A DNA stretch of 49,227 nt from Candidatus Pacearchaeota archaeon (GCA_017609915.1 JAFCDA010000002.1:1-49227), one strand, 5' to 3'; numbered from the stretch's first letter, positions 16,707-24,713 are shown. Numbers and translations are program-made. The notes: generated from the letters alone by a model not told the origin.

Positions 16707-17081
16707 ATGAAAATAGCAATATCAACAGATTCAGAAAAAGTGTCTAAACATTTTGGTAGATGTCCAGAATTTACTATTGTGGAAATTAAAAATAACAAAG
16801 TTAAAGATAGAAAAATAATTTTTAATCCAGGGCATATGACTGGTTTTCTTCCAAAGTTTTTCAAAGAAAAAGGTGTAAATTGTGTTATTGCTGGAGGAGC
16901 AGGATCTAGGGCGCAAGAACTTTTTGAGCAATTTGGAATTAAGTTAATCACAGGTGTACAAGGAAAAGTAAATGATGTAATTAGAAGTTTTATTAAAAGG
17001 GAAATTAAGCAAGGAGAAGATATGTGTAGCCCTGGAAAAGGTAAGGGTTATGGGATAAAGAAAGAGAAGGGTCATGAATAA
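16707..17081 (+). CDS. NifB/NifX-like (dinitrogenase FeMo-cofactor-binding fold) protein 2
   Basis: MKIAISTDSEKVSKHFGRCPEFTIVEI...VNCVIAGGAGSRAQELF. Confidence 0.7.
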   Translation: MKIAISTDSEKVSKHFGRCPEFTIVEIKNNKVKDRKIIFNPGHMTGFLPKFFKEKGVNCVIAGGAGSRAQELFEQFGIKLITGVQGKVNDVIRSFIKREIKQGEDMCSPGKGKGYGIKKEKGHE

Positions 17082-17118
17082 AAACTAAACTAAAAAATAA
17101 ATACAGAAGGCAAATAAA

Positions 17119-17220
17119 ATGTCAGATAAAAAACATGCAAAACACCATAAAAAACATAAACATTCTAAAGGGAAATGTATACATAAAGATGGTACTAGTC
17201 ATAAAATACACAGGAGATAA
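17119..17220 (+). CDS. His/Lys-rich micro-ORF (33 aa)
   Basis: Not in the ORF track. MSDKKHAKHHKKHKHSKGKCIHKDGTSHKIHRR has 8 His and 1 Cys. It fills the gap between the NifX-like 2 and MinD-ferredoxin genes. Confidence 0.35.
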   Translation: MSDKKHAKHHKKHKHSKGKCIHKDGTSHKIHRR

Positions 17221-17223
17221 AAA

Positions 17224-18105
17224 ATGAAAATAGCAGTTACAGGTGGAAAAGGTGGAACTGGTAAGTCTACAGTAGCTACATCTTTAGCAGTAGAATTTGC
17301 TAAAAAAAATAAAACAATGTTAATTGATGCTGATGTTGAATGTCCAAATGACCATCTTTTATTATCTATAAGAAAAAAAAAGTACGCAAATGTTTATCAA
17401 CCAATCCCAGACTGGGATTTTGAAAAATGTACAAAATGTGGTAAATGTGCTTCTATTTGCAAACAAAATGCAATAGTTTTTGTAAAAGATAAATTTCCAG
17501 CTTTTGTAAAAGATGTATGTATTGGTTGCAAAGCATGTATGATGGTATGCCCTACAAATGCAATATCAATGACAAAAAAACAAATAGGAACAATTTATAC
17601 TGGAAAAAATTATAATATAGATTTAGTAACAGGAGAGCTTAAATTAGGAGAATTAGCTTCAGGAGAAGTTGTAAGTGAAGTTAGAAGATACTCAGATAAA
17701 ATTAATAAAAAATTAAAGTCTGACATCATGATAATAGATTCTGCTGCTGGAATTGGATGCCCTGTAATTGCTTCTTTAGTTGGAACAGACTATATAATTG
17801 CTGTTACAGAACCAACACCTTCTGCATTACATGATTTAAAAAGAGTTTTGTATTTAGCAAATCATTTTAAAATCAAAAGTGGAATTGTAATCAATAAATT
17901 TGATTTAGCAAAAAACTTTTATTCAAAAATAGAGTCCTTTGCAAAAAATAATAAAATTCCAATTATAGGAAAAATCCCTTATAAAAAAGATTTTGTTGAT
18001 TCAACAATAAAAATGAAGCCAGTTGTTGAAATAAACCCCAAATATAAAGAAACATTTCAAAAGATAATTAAAGAAATAAAAAAAAATGTTAAAAATAATT
18101 ATTAA
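17224..18105 (+). CDS. MinD/ParA-superfamily P-loop ATPase with an inserted 2x[4Fe-4S] ferredoxin domain (COG1149-type)
   Basis: GGKGGTGKST deviant Walker A. Inserted CTKCGKCASICK and CIGCKACMMVCP motifs. Confidence 0.8.
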   Translation: MKIAVTGGKGGTGKSTVATSLAVEFAKKNKTMLIDADVECPNDHLLLSIRKKKYANVYQPIPDWDFEKCTKCGKCASICKQNAIVFVKDKFPAFVKDVCIGCKACMMVCPTNAISMTKKQIGTIYTGKNYNIDLVTGELKLGELASGEVVSEVRRYSDKINKKLKSDIMIIDSAAGIGCPVIASLVGTDYIIAVTEPTPSALHDLKRVLYLANHFKIKSGIVINKFDLAKNFYSKIESFAKNNKIPIIGKIPYKKDFVDSTIKMKPVVEINPKYKETFQKIIKEIKKNVKNNY

Positions 18106-18706
18106 AGAACTAAAAAACCACTCTCCTTTTACAATTTTTGGAGCAATAACAGGAGTTATTATCATGTTATTTTTTTATAATATTCCTAAAAATATTTCAT
18201 ATAATCTTTTCTATACATTACATCCATTACATGTCCTTTTAAGTGCTCTTGTAACAACATCAATGTATATAATCTATACTAAAAAATATAATAAAAAAAT
18301 TAATCCTTTTCTTTTAATTTTAATAGGATATATTGGTTCAATAGGGATAGCGACATTAAGTGATTCAATAATTCCTTATTTAGGGGAAGTTCTACTTAAT
18401 CTTCCAAATAAAGGAATTCACTTAGGATTTATTGAAAGATGGTGGTTGGTAAATCCCTTAGCTTTTTTAGGTATTTTAATTGCTTGTTTTTATCAAAAAA
18501 CAAAGTTTCCTCATGCTGGACATGTCTTACTAAGCATATGGGCCTCTTTATTTCATATTATCATGGCATTAGGAGAAACCATAAACTTAATTTTAATTAT
18601 CATAGTTTTCGTATTTTTATTTATTGCAGTTTGGCTACCCTGCTGTTTAAGTGATATTGTTTTCCCTCTTTTGTTTATTAAAAATAATAAAAAATCAAAT
18701 ATCTAA
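18086..18706 (+). CDS. Polytopic membrane protein with conserved His/Cys residues (possible metal transporter)
   Basis: About 6 hydrophobic segments, with HPLHVLLS, PHAGHVLL and PCC motifs. The functional assignment is speculative. Confidence 0.45.
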   Translation: MLKIIIKELKNHSPFTIFGAITGVIIMLFFYNIPKNISYNLFYTLHPLHVLLSALVTTSMYIIYTKKYNKKINPFLLILIGYIGSIGIATLSDSIIPYLGEVLLNLPNKGIHLGFIERWWLVNPLAFLGILIACFYQKTKFPHAGHVLLSIWASLFHIIMALGETINLILIIIVFVFLFIAVWLPCCLSDIVFPLLFIKNNKKSNI

Positions 18707-18715
18707 AAATAAAAA

Positions 18716-18765
18716 CTCGTAACCAGTTTCAAACAAACCTTTAAAAACAAAAACAGATAATATAT
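18716..18765 (+). repeat. 50-bp perfect direct repeat, right copy (functional promoter of the thioredoxin-like gene)
   Basis: Identical to 11724-11773, followed by the ATG at 18769. Confidence 0.9.
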
Positions 18766-18768
18766 ATT

Positions 18769-19113
18769 ATGAAAACAAAAGAAATTTTCATATTCATCAT
18801 ATTAATAGCAGTAGTTATTGGTATAATATCAATAATATCTTTAATAAAAGCAAATGGAAACCATGACGAAGAAGTTATGAAATGTATTGGAGAAAATTCA
18901 GAATTATATGTATCAAAAACTTGCGGACATTGTGCTACACAAAAAAAGGATTTAGAAGAATACATCGAATTTTTTAAAATTATAGATTGTACAACAAATC
19001 AAGAACAATGCCAAGAAAATAATATATTATATGTTCCAACTTGGATTATTAATAATGAAAACCATGTTGGAAAACAATCAATAGAGCAATTAAAAGAACT
19101 GACAGGTTGTTAA
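18769..19113 (+). CDS. Membrane-anchored thioredoxin/glutaredoxin-fold protein (CGHC), probably extracytoplasmic
   Basis: N-terminal TM segment IFIFIILIAVVIGIISIISLI followed by a CGHC redox motif and a VPTW (cis-Pro-like) segment. Confidence 0.65.
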   Translation: MKTKEIFIFIILIAVVIGIISIISLIKANGNHDEEVMKCIGENSELYVSKTCGHCATQKKDLEEYIEFFKIIDCTTNQEQCQENNILYVPTWIINNENHVGKQSIEQLKELTGC

Positions 19114-19145
19114 AATTTAAATAAAAAAACTATAATAAATAAAAT

Positions 19146-19230
19146 TAATATCTTATAAAACTTAAAGATACACAATCGGATTAGTTTAAGAAACAAAAGA
19201 TCATAACTTAAGATTCATATAGAGAGATAA
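19146..19230 (-). repeat. Dispersed intergenic module, copy J (weaker member)
   Basis: taatatcttataaaacttaaagata...cttaagattcatatagagagataa. Confidence 0.3.
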
Positions 19231-19277
19231 AAATAAAATATCAGTAATAAATAAATTATAAAGAGATAAAATAAAAA

Positions 19278-19973
19278 ATGGTAAATTTTGTAGAGATAAT
19301 AAGTTTAGCAGCAGTAGATGCAATAAATCCTTGTGCATTAGCAGTAATGGCGATTGTATTAATAACATTATTAACCCAAGACCCAACAAAAAAAAGAAAG
19401 GTTCTTTTAGGAGGATTAGCATTCACTCTTGCAGTTTTCATTTTATATTTTCTTTATGGAATGATTATGATTCAATTTTTTTCTCATGTAATTCCTGAAA
19501 CCGGAAATTTTTCAAACTATGTATTTAAAGGATTTGGAATTTTTGCAATAATTCTTGGAATTTTAAATCTTAAAGATTTTTTTATATACAAACCAGGAGG
19601 ATTAGGAACAGAAATGCCATTAAAAATGCGTCCAAGAGTCAAGCAACTAATTAAAAAAATAACTTCTCCAAAAGGAGCTTTTATTATCGGATTGATTATC
19701 ACACTATTTCTATTGCCTTGCACAATAGGCCCTTATATAATCGCATCAGGAAAACTCTCTGTATTAAATTTCTTTAAAACAATTCCCTGGTTATTACTTT
19801 ATAATATTATTTTTGTTTTACCAATGATTGTAATAACTTTATTTATTTATTTTGGTTTAACAACAGTAGATAAAGTATCTGGATGGAAAGAGAAAAACAT
19901 AAAATATCTACACCTTATTGAAGGGTTAATCCTAACAACCTTAGGTATCTTAATGTTTACTGGGTTGGTTTAA
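19278..19973 (+). CDS. CcdA/DsbD-family transmembrane thiol-disulfide electron transporter
   Basis: Polytopic protein with AINPCALAV and LLPCTIGPY, the two conserved TM Cys motifs of the family. Confidence 0.75.
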   Translation: MVNFVEIISLAAVDAINPCALAVMAIVLITLLTQDPTKKRKVLLGGLAFTLAVFILYFLYGMIMIQFFSHVIPETGNFSNYVFKGFGIFAIILGILNLKDFFIYKPGGLGTEMPLKMRPRVKQLIKKITSPKGAFIIGLIITLFLLPCTIGPYIIASGKLSVLNFFKTIPWLLLYNIIFVLPMIVITLFIYFGLTTVDKVSGWKEKNIKYLHLIEGLILTTLGILMFTGLV

Positions 19974-20000
19974 AATTTACTATAAATTAATAATCAATAT

Positions 20001-20077
20001 ATTATAAAACTTAGAGCTTTGAAGATGATAAGCTTAAGTTACTCATGACAAAACTTAAGAATGCTTATAAGATACTA
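20001..20077 (+). repeat. Dispersed intergenic module, copy B
   Basis: attataaaacttagagctttgaagatgataagcttaagttactcatgacaaaacttaagaatgcttataagatact. Confidence 0.45.
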
Positions 20078-20102
20078 ATAATAAAAAAGAGGCAAAAAAC
20101 AG

Positions 20103-20843
20103 ATGCATATCTTATTATGGATAATTTTAATGACCGGCATTAACGGCTTATTAGCATTATCTGGGGCTTTTTCTTTTTTCTTTTCTAAAAAATTCTTAAA
20201 TAAAATAACTATTTTTCTAGTTTCTTTTTCAATTGGAGCTCTTCTTGGTGGAGCATTATTTCATTTTATTCCTGAATCTCTTGCAGTATTAAAAGCTCAA
20301 AAAACAATTTTAATATTAGTTTTAGGTGTAGTTGCATTTTATTTATTAGAAAAAATCCTGCATTGGCACCATTGTCATGGTAAACAAGGAAAATGCGAAC
20401 ATGTGTTTACTTATCTAATTTTATATGGAGATGCTATTCATAACTTTATAGATGGCTTAATTATTGCTTCTTCTTTTATAATTTCAATTCCATTTGGAAT
20501 AATAGCAAGTTTATTAATAATGGCTCATGAACTTCCTCAAGAGATTAGTGACTTTGGAGTTTTAATTCATGGAGGATTTACAAGAAAAAAAGCTCTTTTT
20601 TATAATTTCTTAGTTCAATTAACAGCAGTTTTAGGAGGAATTTTAGGCTTTTATTTCTTAAATCTAAATCAATATGCAGTATATCTTTTACCTTTTGCAG
20701 CAGGAGGTTTTATTTATATTGCATTAATGGATTTAGTGCCTGAAGTTTTCAAAGAAAAAAAACTAGCAAAAATCTTAGGGAACATATTATCAATAATTCT
20801 TGGCTTATTAATTTTAATTAGTGCTAAGTTACTTATTGGGTGA
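20103..20843 (+). CDS. ZIP-family divalent metal (Zn/Fe) transporter
   Basis: HNFIDGL and HELPQEISDFGVL signature motifs. A His/Cys-rich loop reads HWHHCHGKQGKCEH. Confidence 0.85.
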   Translation: MHILLWIILMTGINGLLALSGAFSFFFSKKFLNKITIFLVSFSIGALLGGALFHFIPESLAVLKAQKTILILVLGVVAFYLLEKILHWHHCHGKQGKCEHVFTYLILYGDAIHNFIDGLIIASSFIISIPFGIIASLLIMAHELPQEISDFGVLIHGGFTRKKALFYNFLVQLTAVLGGILGFYFLNLNQYAVYLLPFAAGGFIYIALMDLVPEVFKEKKLAKILGNILSIILGLLILISAKLLIG

Positions 20844-21152
20844 TTACCACTTACTATGCCCAAATTGCACAATTAAATCAACTCCAATCTTATCAACACC
20901 TAAAGGAATATCACAACCACCAAAACAATCTCCTAACCATATAAAACACTGACATTCAAATCTATTTTTGTCACCATCTTTTCCTAAAAGACGGCCTTCA
21001 ATTTCTTCACTAATTACAGTAGAATAAGGTTTTAATCCCTCTGGAAACTGAAGTAAAACTTTTTCAGCTTTTTTCTCCTTTATGCTTCCAACTATCTTAT
21101 CTATTTCTAAATCATACATTTCATTTATTTCTGAAATTGTTTTTTTCTCCAT
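20844..21152 (-). pseudogene. dph2: Diphthamide synthase Dph2, N-terminal domain only (truncated)
   Basis: AEKVLLQFPEGLK...GDCFGGCDIP...VDLIVQFGHS aligns with the first ~100 aa of the ~340-aa archaeal Dph2. Its stop codon abuts the stop of the convergent ZIP gene. Confidence 0.6.
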
Positions 21153-21182
21153 AAAAAAACAAGAATTAGGGTGTTTTTATAT

Positions 21183-21425
21183 CTAACTATTCTTAATATT
21201 AGGGAAAGGGCTAGGTAATTTCAAAATATCTAAAACTAAATTTATCTGCTTCATGCTACCTGCATCAATTAAAATTTTTTCATCTACAATACTTACATAC
21301 CTTGCTAAAGAAGACAATTTAAAATAAATTTCTTTAGCTCTTTCTATCTTTTTAGCAGTAGTTTCAAAATTTTGTTCAATTCCTCCTTTGATCCTAAAAC
21401 TATAAGGAACCATCCCTTCATCCAT
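21183..21425 (-). CDS. Hypothetical protein (80 aa)
   Basis: ORF only, with no recognisable motif. Confidence 0.35.
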   Translation of the reverse strand: MDEGMVPYSFRIKGGIEQNFETTAKKIERAKEIYFKLSSLARYVSIVDEKILIDAGSMKQINLVLDILKLPSPFPNIKNS

Positions 21426-21483
21426 AAAATCTTCACTAACCCAACCTTTTTAAACAAAATTATGATAAGATAATTATAATAAA

Positions 21484-23214
21484 ATGACAATCAGACAACC
21501 AATCGTTACAGTAGCAGGTCATGTTGACCATGGAAAAACATCTATACTGGATAGGCTAAGAAAAACAGGTATTCAAGAAAAAGAAGCAGGAGGAATAACT
21601 CAAAAAATATCTTTTACAAAAATGCCTATTGAGGCTGTTTACAAGATGTGCCCAGCATTAGAAAAAGGCGTAAAACTAGAATTCCCAGGACTTTTATTTA
21701 TTGACACTCCAGGACATGCTGCATTTTCAAATCTAAGAAAAAGAGGAGGAAGTTTAGCAGATTTAGCTATTCTTGTAATAGATATAAATGAAGGGATAAT
21801 GCCTCAAACAGCAGAAGTTATTGAAATTCTTAAATTAAACAAAACCCCTTTTATAATTGCATTAAATAAAATAGATAATATCTCTGGATGGAGAAAACAA
21901 TCAGATAACCTACAAGAAAGCATTAAAATACAATCAACAAACACAAGTCAACAATTTCAAGAAAAAATATTTACAATAATCAGGGCACTTCATCATCATG
22001 GATTTAATGCAAAACCTTTTTATGAAGTAACAAATTTTAAATCTCAATTAGCATTAGTTCCTTGCTCAGCAAAAACAGGGGAAGGACTTAATGAATTAAC
22101 AATGACTTTTTGTGGATTAAGTCAAAAATTTTTAAAACAAAGTCTAAAACTTGGAAAACAGCCTAAAGGAGTTATTTTAGAAATTAAAAAAGAAAAATCA
22201 ATGCAATATATTGAAGCCATCCTCTATGATGGAACATTATCAGCAAAAGATGAAATTGCAATAGCAAGTTTTAATGAACCAATCATAACAAAAATTCGTG
22301 TACTTGAAGAAATATTACCTATTACCAACAAATTCAAACCTGCCTCAGAAATCCATGCAGCAAATGGAATAAGAATGCAATTAATTAATTCAAAAGAAAT
22401 TCTTCCAGGAATGCCTTTCACAATATACAAAGATAATTTAAACGAAATTAAAAAACAATTTGAAAAAGAAGTTGGAGAAAAAATAAAAACAGACAAACAA
22501 GGAATTATAATAAAAGCAGATTCATTGGGCTCTCTTGAAGCCCTTATCACATTATTAAAACAAGAAAAAATACAAATAATAAAAGCAGGAATTGGAAAAA
22601 TTAATAAAAAAGACATAATCTCTGCTCAAACAAATCTTAAATCAAGTCCAGAAAATGCAATAATTCTTGGTTTTAATACAGAAGTTGATGAGGAAATTAA
22701 AGAACTAGATACAAGTAAAATCAAAATATTAACAGATGAGGTTATTTACAAATTAATTGAAGATTTAACAAAATATCAAGAAGAAAAAAAGAATGAGATT
22801 GAAAGAGAAAAAATAATGGGATTAGCAACAATTTGTAAATTAAAAGTTCTTCCACAATTTGTCTTTCGTAATAGTAATCCTGCTGTTTTTGGAATTGCAG
22901 TAGAAGCAGGAAAATTAAAACCAAGAACTCTTTTAATAGACAAAGATGGAAAATCAATTGCAAAAGTTAAAGATATTCAAGATAAAAATAAAAAAATAGA
23001 CCAAGCAGAACAAGGACAAGAAATAGCAATTTCATTGCCTGGAACAATATTTGACAGACAATTAATAGATGTTGATTATCTTTATTCAGATATTTCAGAA
23101 AATCAATTCAGAGAATTCAAAAAAAACAAAGATCTTTTAACACAAGATGAAATTCAAACTCTGCAAAAGATAGCAGAGATTAAAAGAAAGGAAAAGGTGA
23201 CTTGGGGTGTTTAG
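21484..23214 (+). CDS. infB: Translation initiation factor aIF5B (IF-2 homolog)
   Basis: VAGHVDHGKTSILD, DTPGH and NKID GTPase motifs. 576 aa with the typical aIF5B architecture. Confidence 0.9.
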   Translation: MTIRQPIVTVAGHVDHGKTSILDRLRKTGIQEKEAGGITQKISFTKMPIEAVYKMCPALEKGVKLEFPGLLFIDTPGHAAFSNLRKRGGSLADLAILVIDINEGIMPQTAEVIEILKLNKTPFIIALNKIDNISGWRKQSDNLQESIKIQSTNTSQQFQEKIFTIIRALHHHGFNAKPFYEVTNFKSQLALVPCSAKTGEGLNELTMTFCGLSQKFLKQSLKLGKQPKGVILEIKKEKSMQYIEAILYDGTLSAKDEIAIASFNEPIITKIRVLEEILPITNKFKPASEIHAANGIRMQLINSKEILPGMPFTIYKDNLNEIKKQFEKEVGEKIKTDKQGIIIKADSLGSLEALITLLKQEKIQIIKAGIGKINKKDIISAQTNLKSSPENAIILGFNTEVDEEIKELDTSKIKILTDEVIYKLIEDLTKYQEEKKNEIEREKIMGLATICKLKVLPQFVFRNSNPAVFGIAVEAGKLKPRTLLIDKDGKSIAKVKDIQDKNKKIDQAEQGQEIAISLPGTIFDRQLIDVDYLYSDISENQFREFKKNKDLLTQDEIQTLQKIAEIKRKEKVTWGV

Positions 23215-23221
23215 AAAAAAT

Positions 23222-23779
23222 TTAATCTTCTTCAGATTCTCTTAAAAAAAATTTATTAAGAACTTTTTTAGTTATTATTTCACAATAGTAATCACAGGCT
23301 CTTAATAAAGTATCTGAAATTGTTTTTTGAAAAAAACAAACACAAACCTTTTTGCCTTTTTCCCTTAAAAATTCAGGTAATGGGACAAAATCTCCATCTC
23401 CACTAAATAAAAAAGCTTCATCAAATTTATTATCATAAGCATCTTTTTGCATTTGTAAAGCTAATCTAATATCGTCTTCTTTTATTTGATGCCTTACATT
23501 CCCTTCATCATCCTTTATTCTTTTTCGTTTACATAAAATTACATTAAATCCTGCTTTTCTTAACCTTGTAAGCATTTTTTGATGTTTAATATATATTTTA
23601 GGATTCAGAGTTTGTTTTAAGGTAGCAGTAAAATAATATACATCAATAAGACGGTATCCTTTAGTAATCTTTTTAATATACTTTCCAAAGTCAAAATGAA
23701 AATCAGAATATGTTTCTCTAACCGATTTAACTCCATAACAAAAGTTTGCTCCATCAATAAATACTGAAACTCTTATCAT
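23222..23779 (-). CDS. NYN-domain (LabA-like) putative ribonuclease
   Basis: VSVFIDGANF at the N-terminus and FSGDGDFVP later, the conserved acidic motifs of the NYN/PIN-like fold. Confidence 0.7.
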   Translation of the reverse strand: MIRVSVFIDGANFCYGVKSVRETYSDFHFDFGKYIKKITKGYRLIDVYYFTATLKQTLNPKIYIKHQKMLTRLRKAGFNVILCKRKRIKDDEGNVRHQIKEDDIRLALQMQKDAYDNKFDEAFLFSGDGDFVPLPEFLREKGKKVCVCFFQKTISDTLLRACDYYCEIITKKVLNKFFLRESEED

Positions 23780-23781
23780 AT

Positions 23782-23862
23782 AAAAAAGCCTGCGTTACCG
23801 AAGTAACGACAGGGAACACAATGCAGGATGCTGTAAAACAGCTTAAGGCATTCCCTGATACC
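23782..23862 (-). ncRNA. GC-rich structured leader or sRNA candidate with mutually exclusive helices and a hairpin-plus-T6 end
   Basis: Plus-strand coordinates. Hairpin 23789-23813 (CCTGCGTTAC-CGAA-GTAACGaCAGG) competes for CAGG (23810-13) with the long-range stem CAGGGAA (23810-16)/TTCCCTG (23851-57). An inner hairpin reads GCTGT-AAA-ACAGC. The T6 run on the minus strand lies 2 nt before the NYN ATG. Confidence 0.3.
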
Positions 23863-23967
23863 TATAATAATTATAATTATTTGTGGTTTAAAAATATTAC
23901 TATTCTCGGTTGCAAAGAAACATCTCTCAAAACCTTTAAAAACCCGATTTTATATTCATATCTAATA

Positions 23968-24040
23968 CCTTATAAAGAATAGTTACTCAATGAGAAAAAA
24001 GCCACTCATCTTCAAAACTCTTATGAACTTATAAGATACC
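23968..24040 (+). repeat. Dispersed intergenic module, copy I
   Basis: ccttataaagaatagttactcaatgagaaaaaagccactcatcttcaaaactcttatgaacttataagatacc. Confidence 0.4.
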
Positions 24041-24053
24041 AAGGAAAAACAAA

Positions 24054-24671
24054 ATGCTATTTAAAATAAATATATCGCATAAAGGAAAAACATTGAAAAT
24101 AGAAACAGATTCAGAAGTTATAGTTGGCAAAAAAATAGATGAAATTATTAAAGGAGAAGATATAAGTAATGAACTTGATGGTTATGAAGTAAAAATAACC
24201 GGAACATCTGATATTTCCGGGATTCCTGGATTTAAAGGATTAGAAGGTTCTGGGTATCATAGAAGATTATTAACATATGGTACAGGAATGAAAAACAAGA
24301 AAAAAGGAATAAGATTAAGAAAAACAAATAGAGGGGAAGAAATCTCATTAAAAACCTCTCAAGTTAATACAATTCTTGTAAAAGAAGGAAAAAAGAAATT
24401 TAATGATTTATTAAGTCCTAAAGCAGAGGAAGCGCCAAAAGAAGAAGCTAAACCTGCTGAAGAAAAGAAAGAAGAAAAACCTAAAGAAGAAAAGAAAGAG
24501 GCTCCAAAAGAAGAAACAAAAGAGCCTGAAAAAAAGGAAAAAGAAAAACCTTCTGATACCCTCTCTGAAAAACCAACAATAGATACTAATAAAAAAGAAG
24601 AAAAACCAGATAAAACAAAATCAGCAGAAGAGACAAAAGAACCTAAAGAAAAGAAAGAAGAAACTAAATAA
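24054..24671 (+). CDS. rps6e: 30S ribosomal protein eS6 with a K/E/P-rich C-terminal extension of about 85 aa
   Basis: ITGTSDISGIPGFKGLEGSGYHRRLLTYG... is the S6e core. From about aa 121 onward the sequence is low-complexity (KAEEAPKEEAKPAEEKKEEKPKEEKK...). Confidence 0.85.
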   Translation: MLFKINISHKGKTLKIETDSEVIVGKKIDEIIKGEDISNELDGYEVKITGTSDISGIPGFKGLEGSGYHRRLLTYGTGMKNKKKGIRLRKTNRGEEISLKTSQVNTILVKEGKKKFNDLLSPKAEEAPKEEAKPAEEKKEEKPKEEKKEAPKEETKEPEKKEKEKPSDTLSEKPTIDTNKKEEKPDKTKSAEETKEPKEKKEETK

Positions 24672-24713
24672 ATAGTTTTAAATAACAATAATTCTCAGAA
24701 ATATTAACATAAA

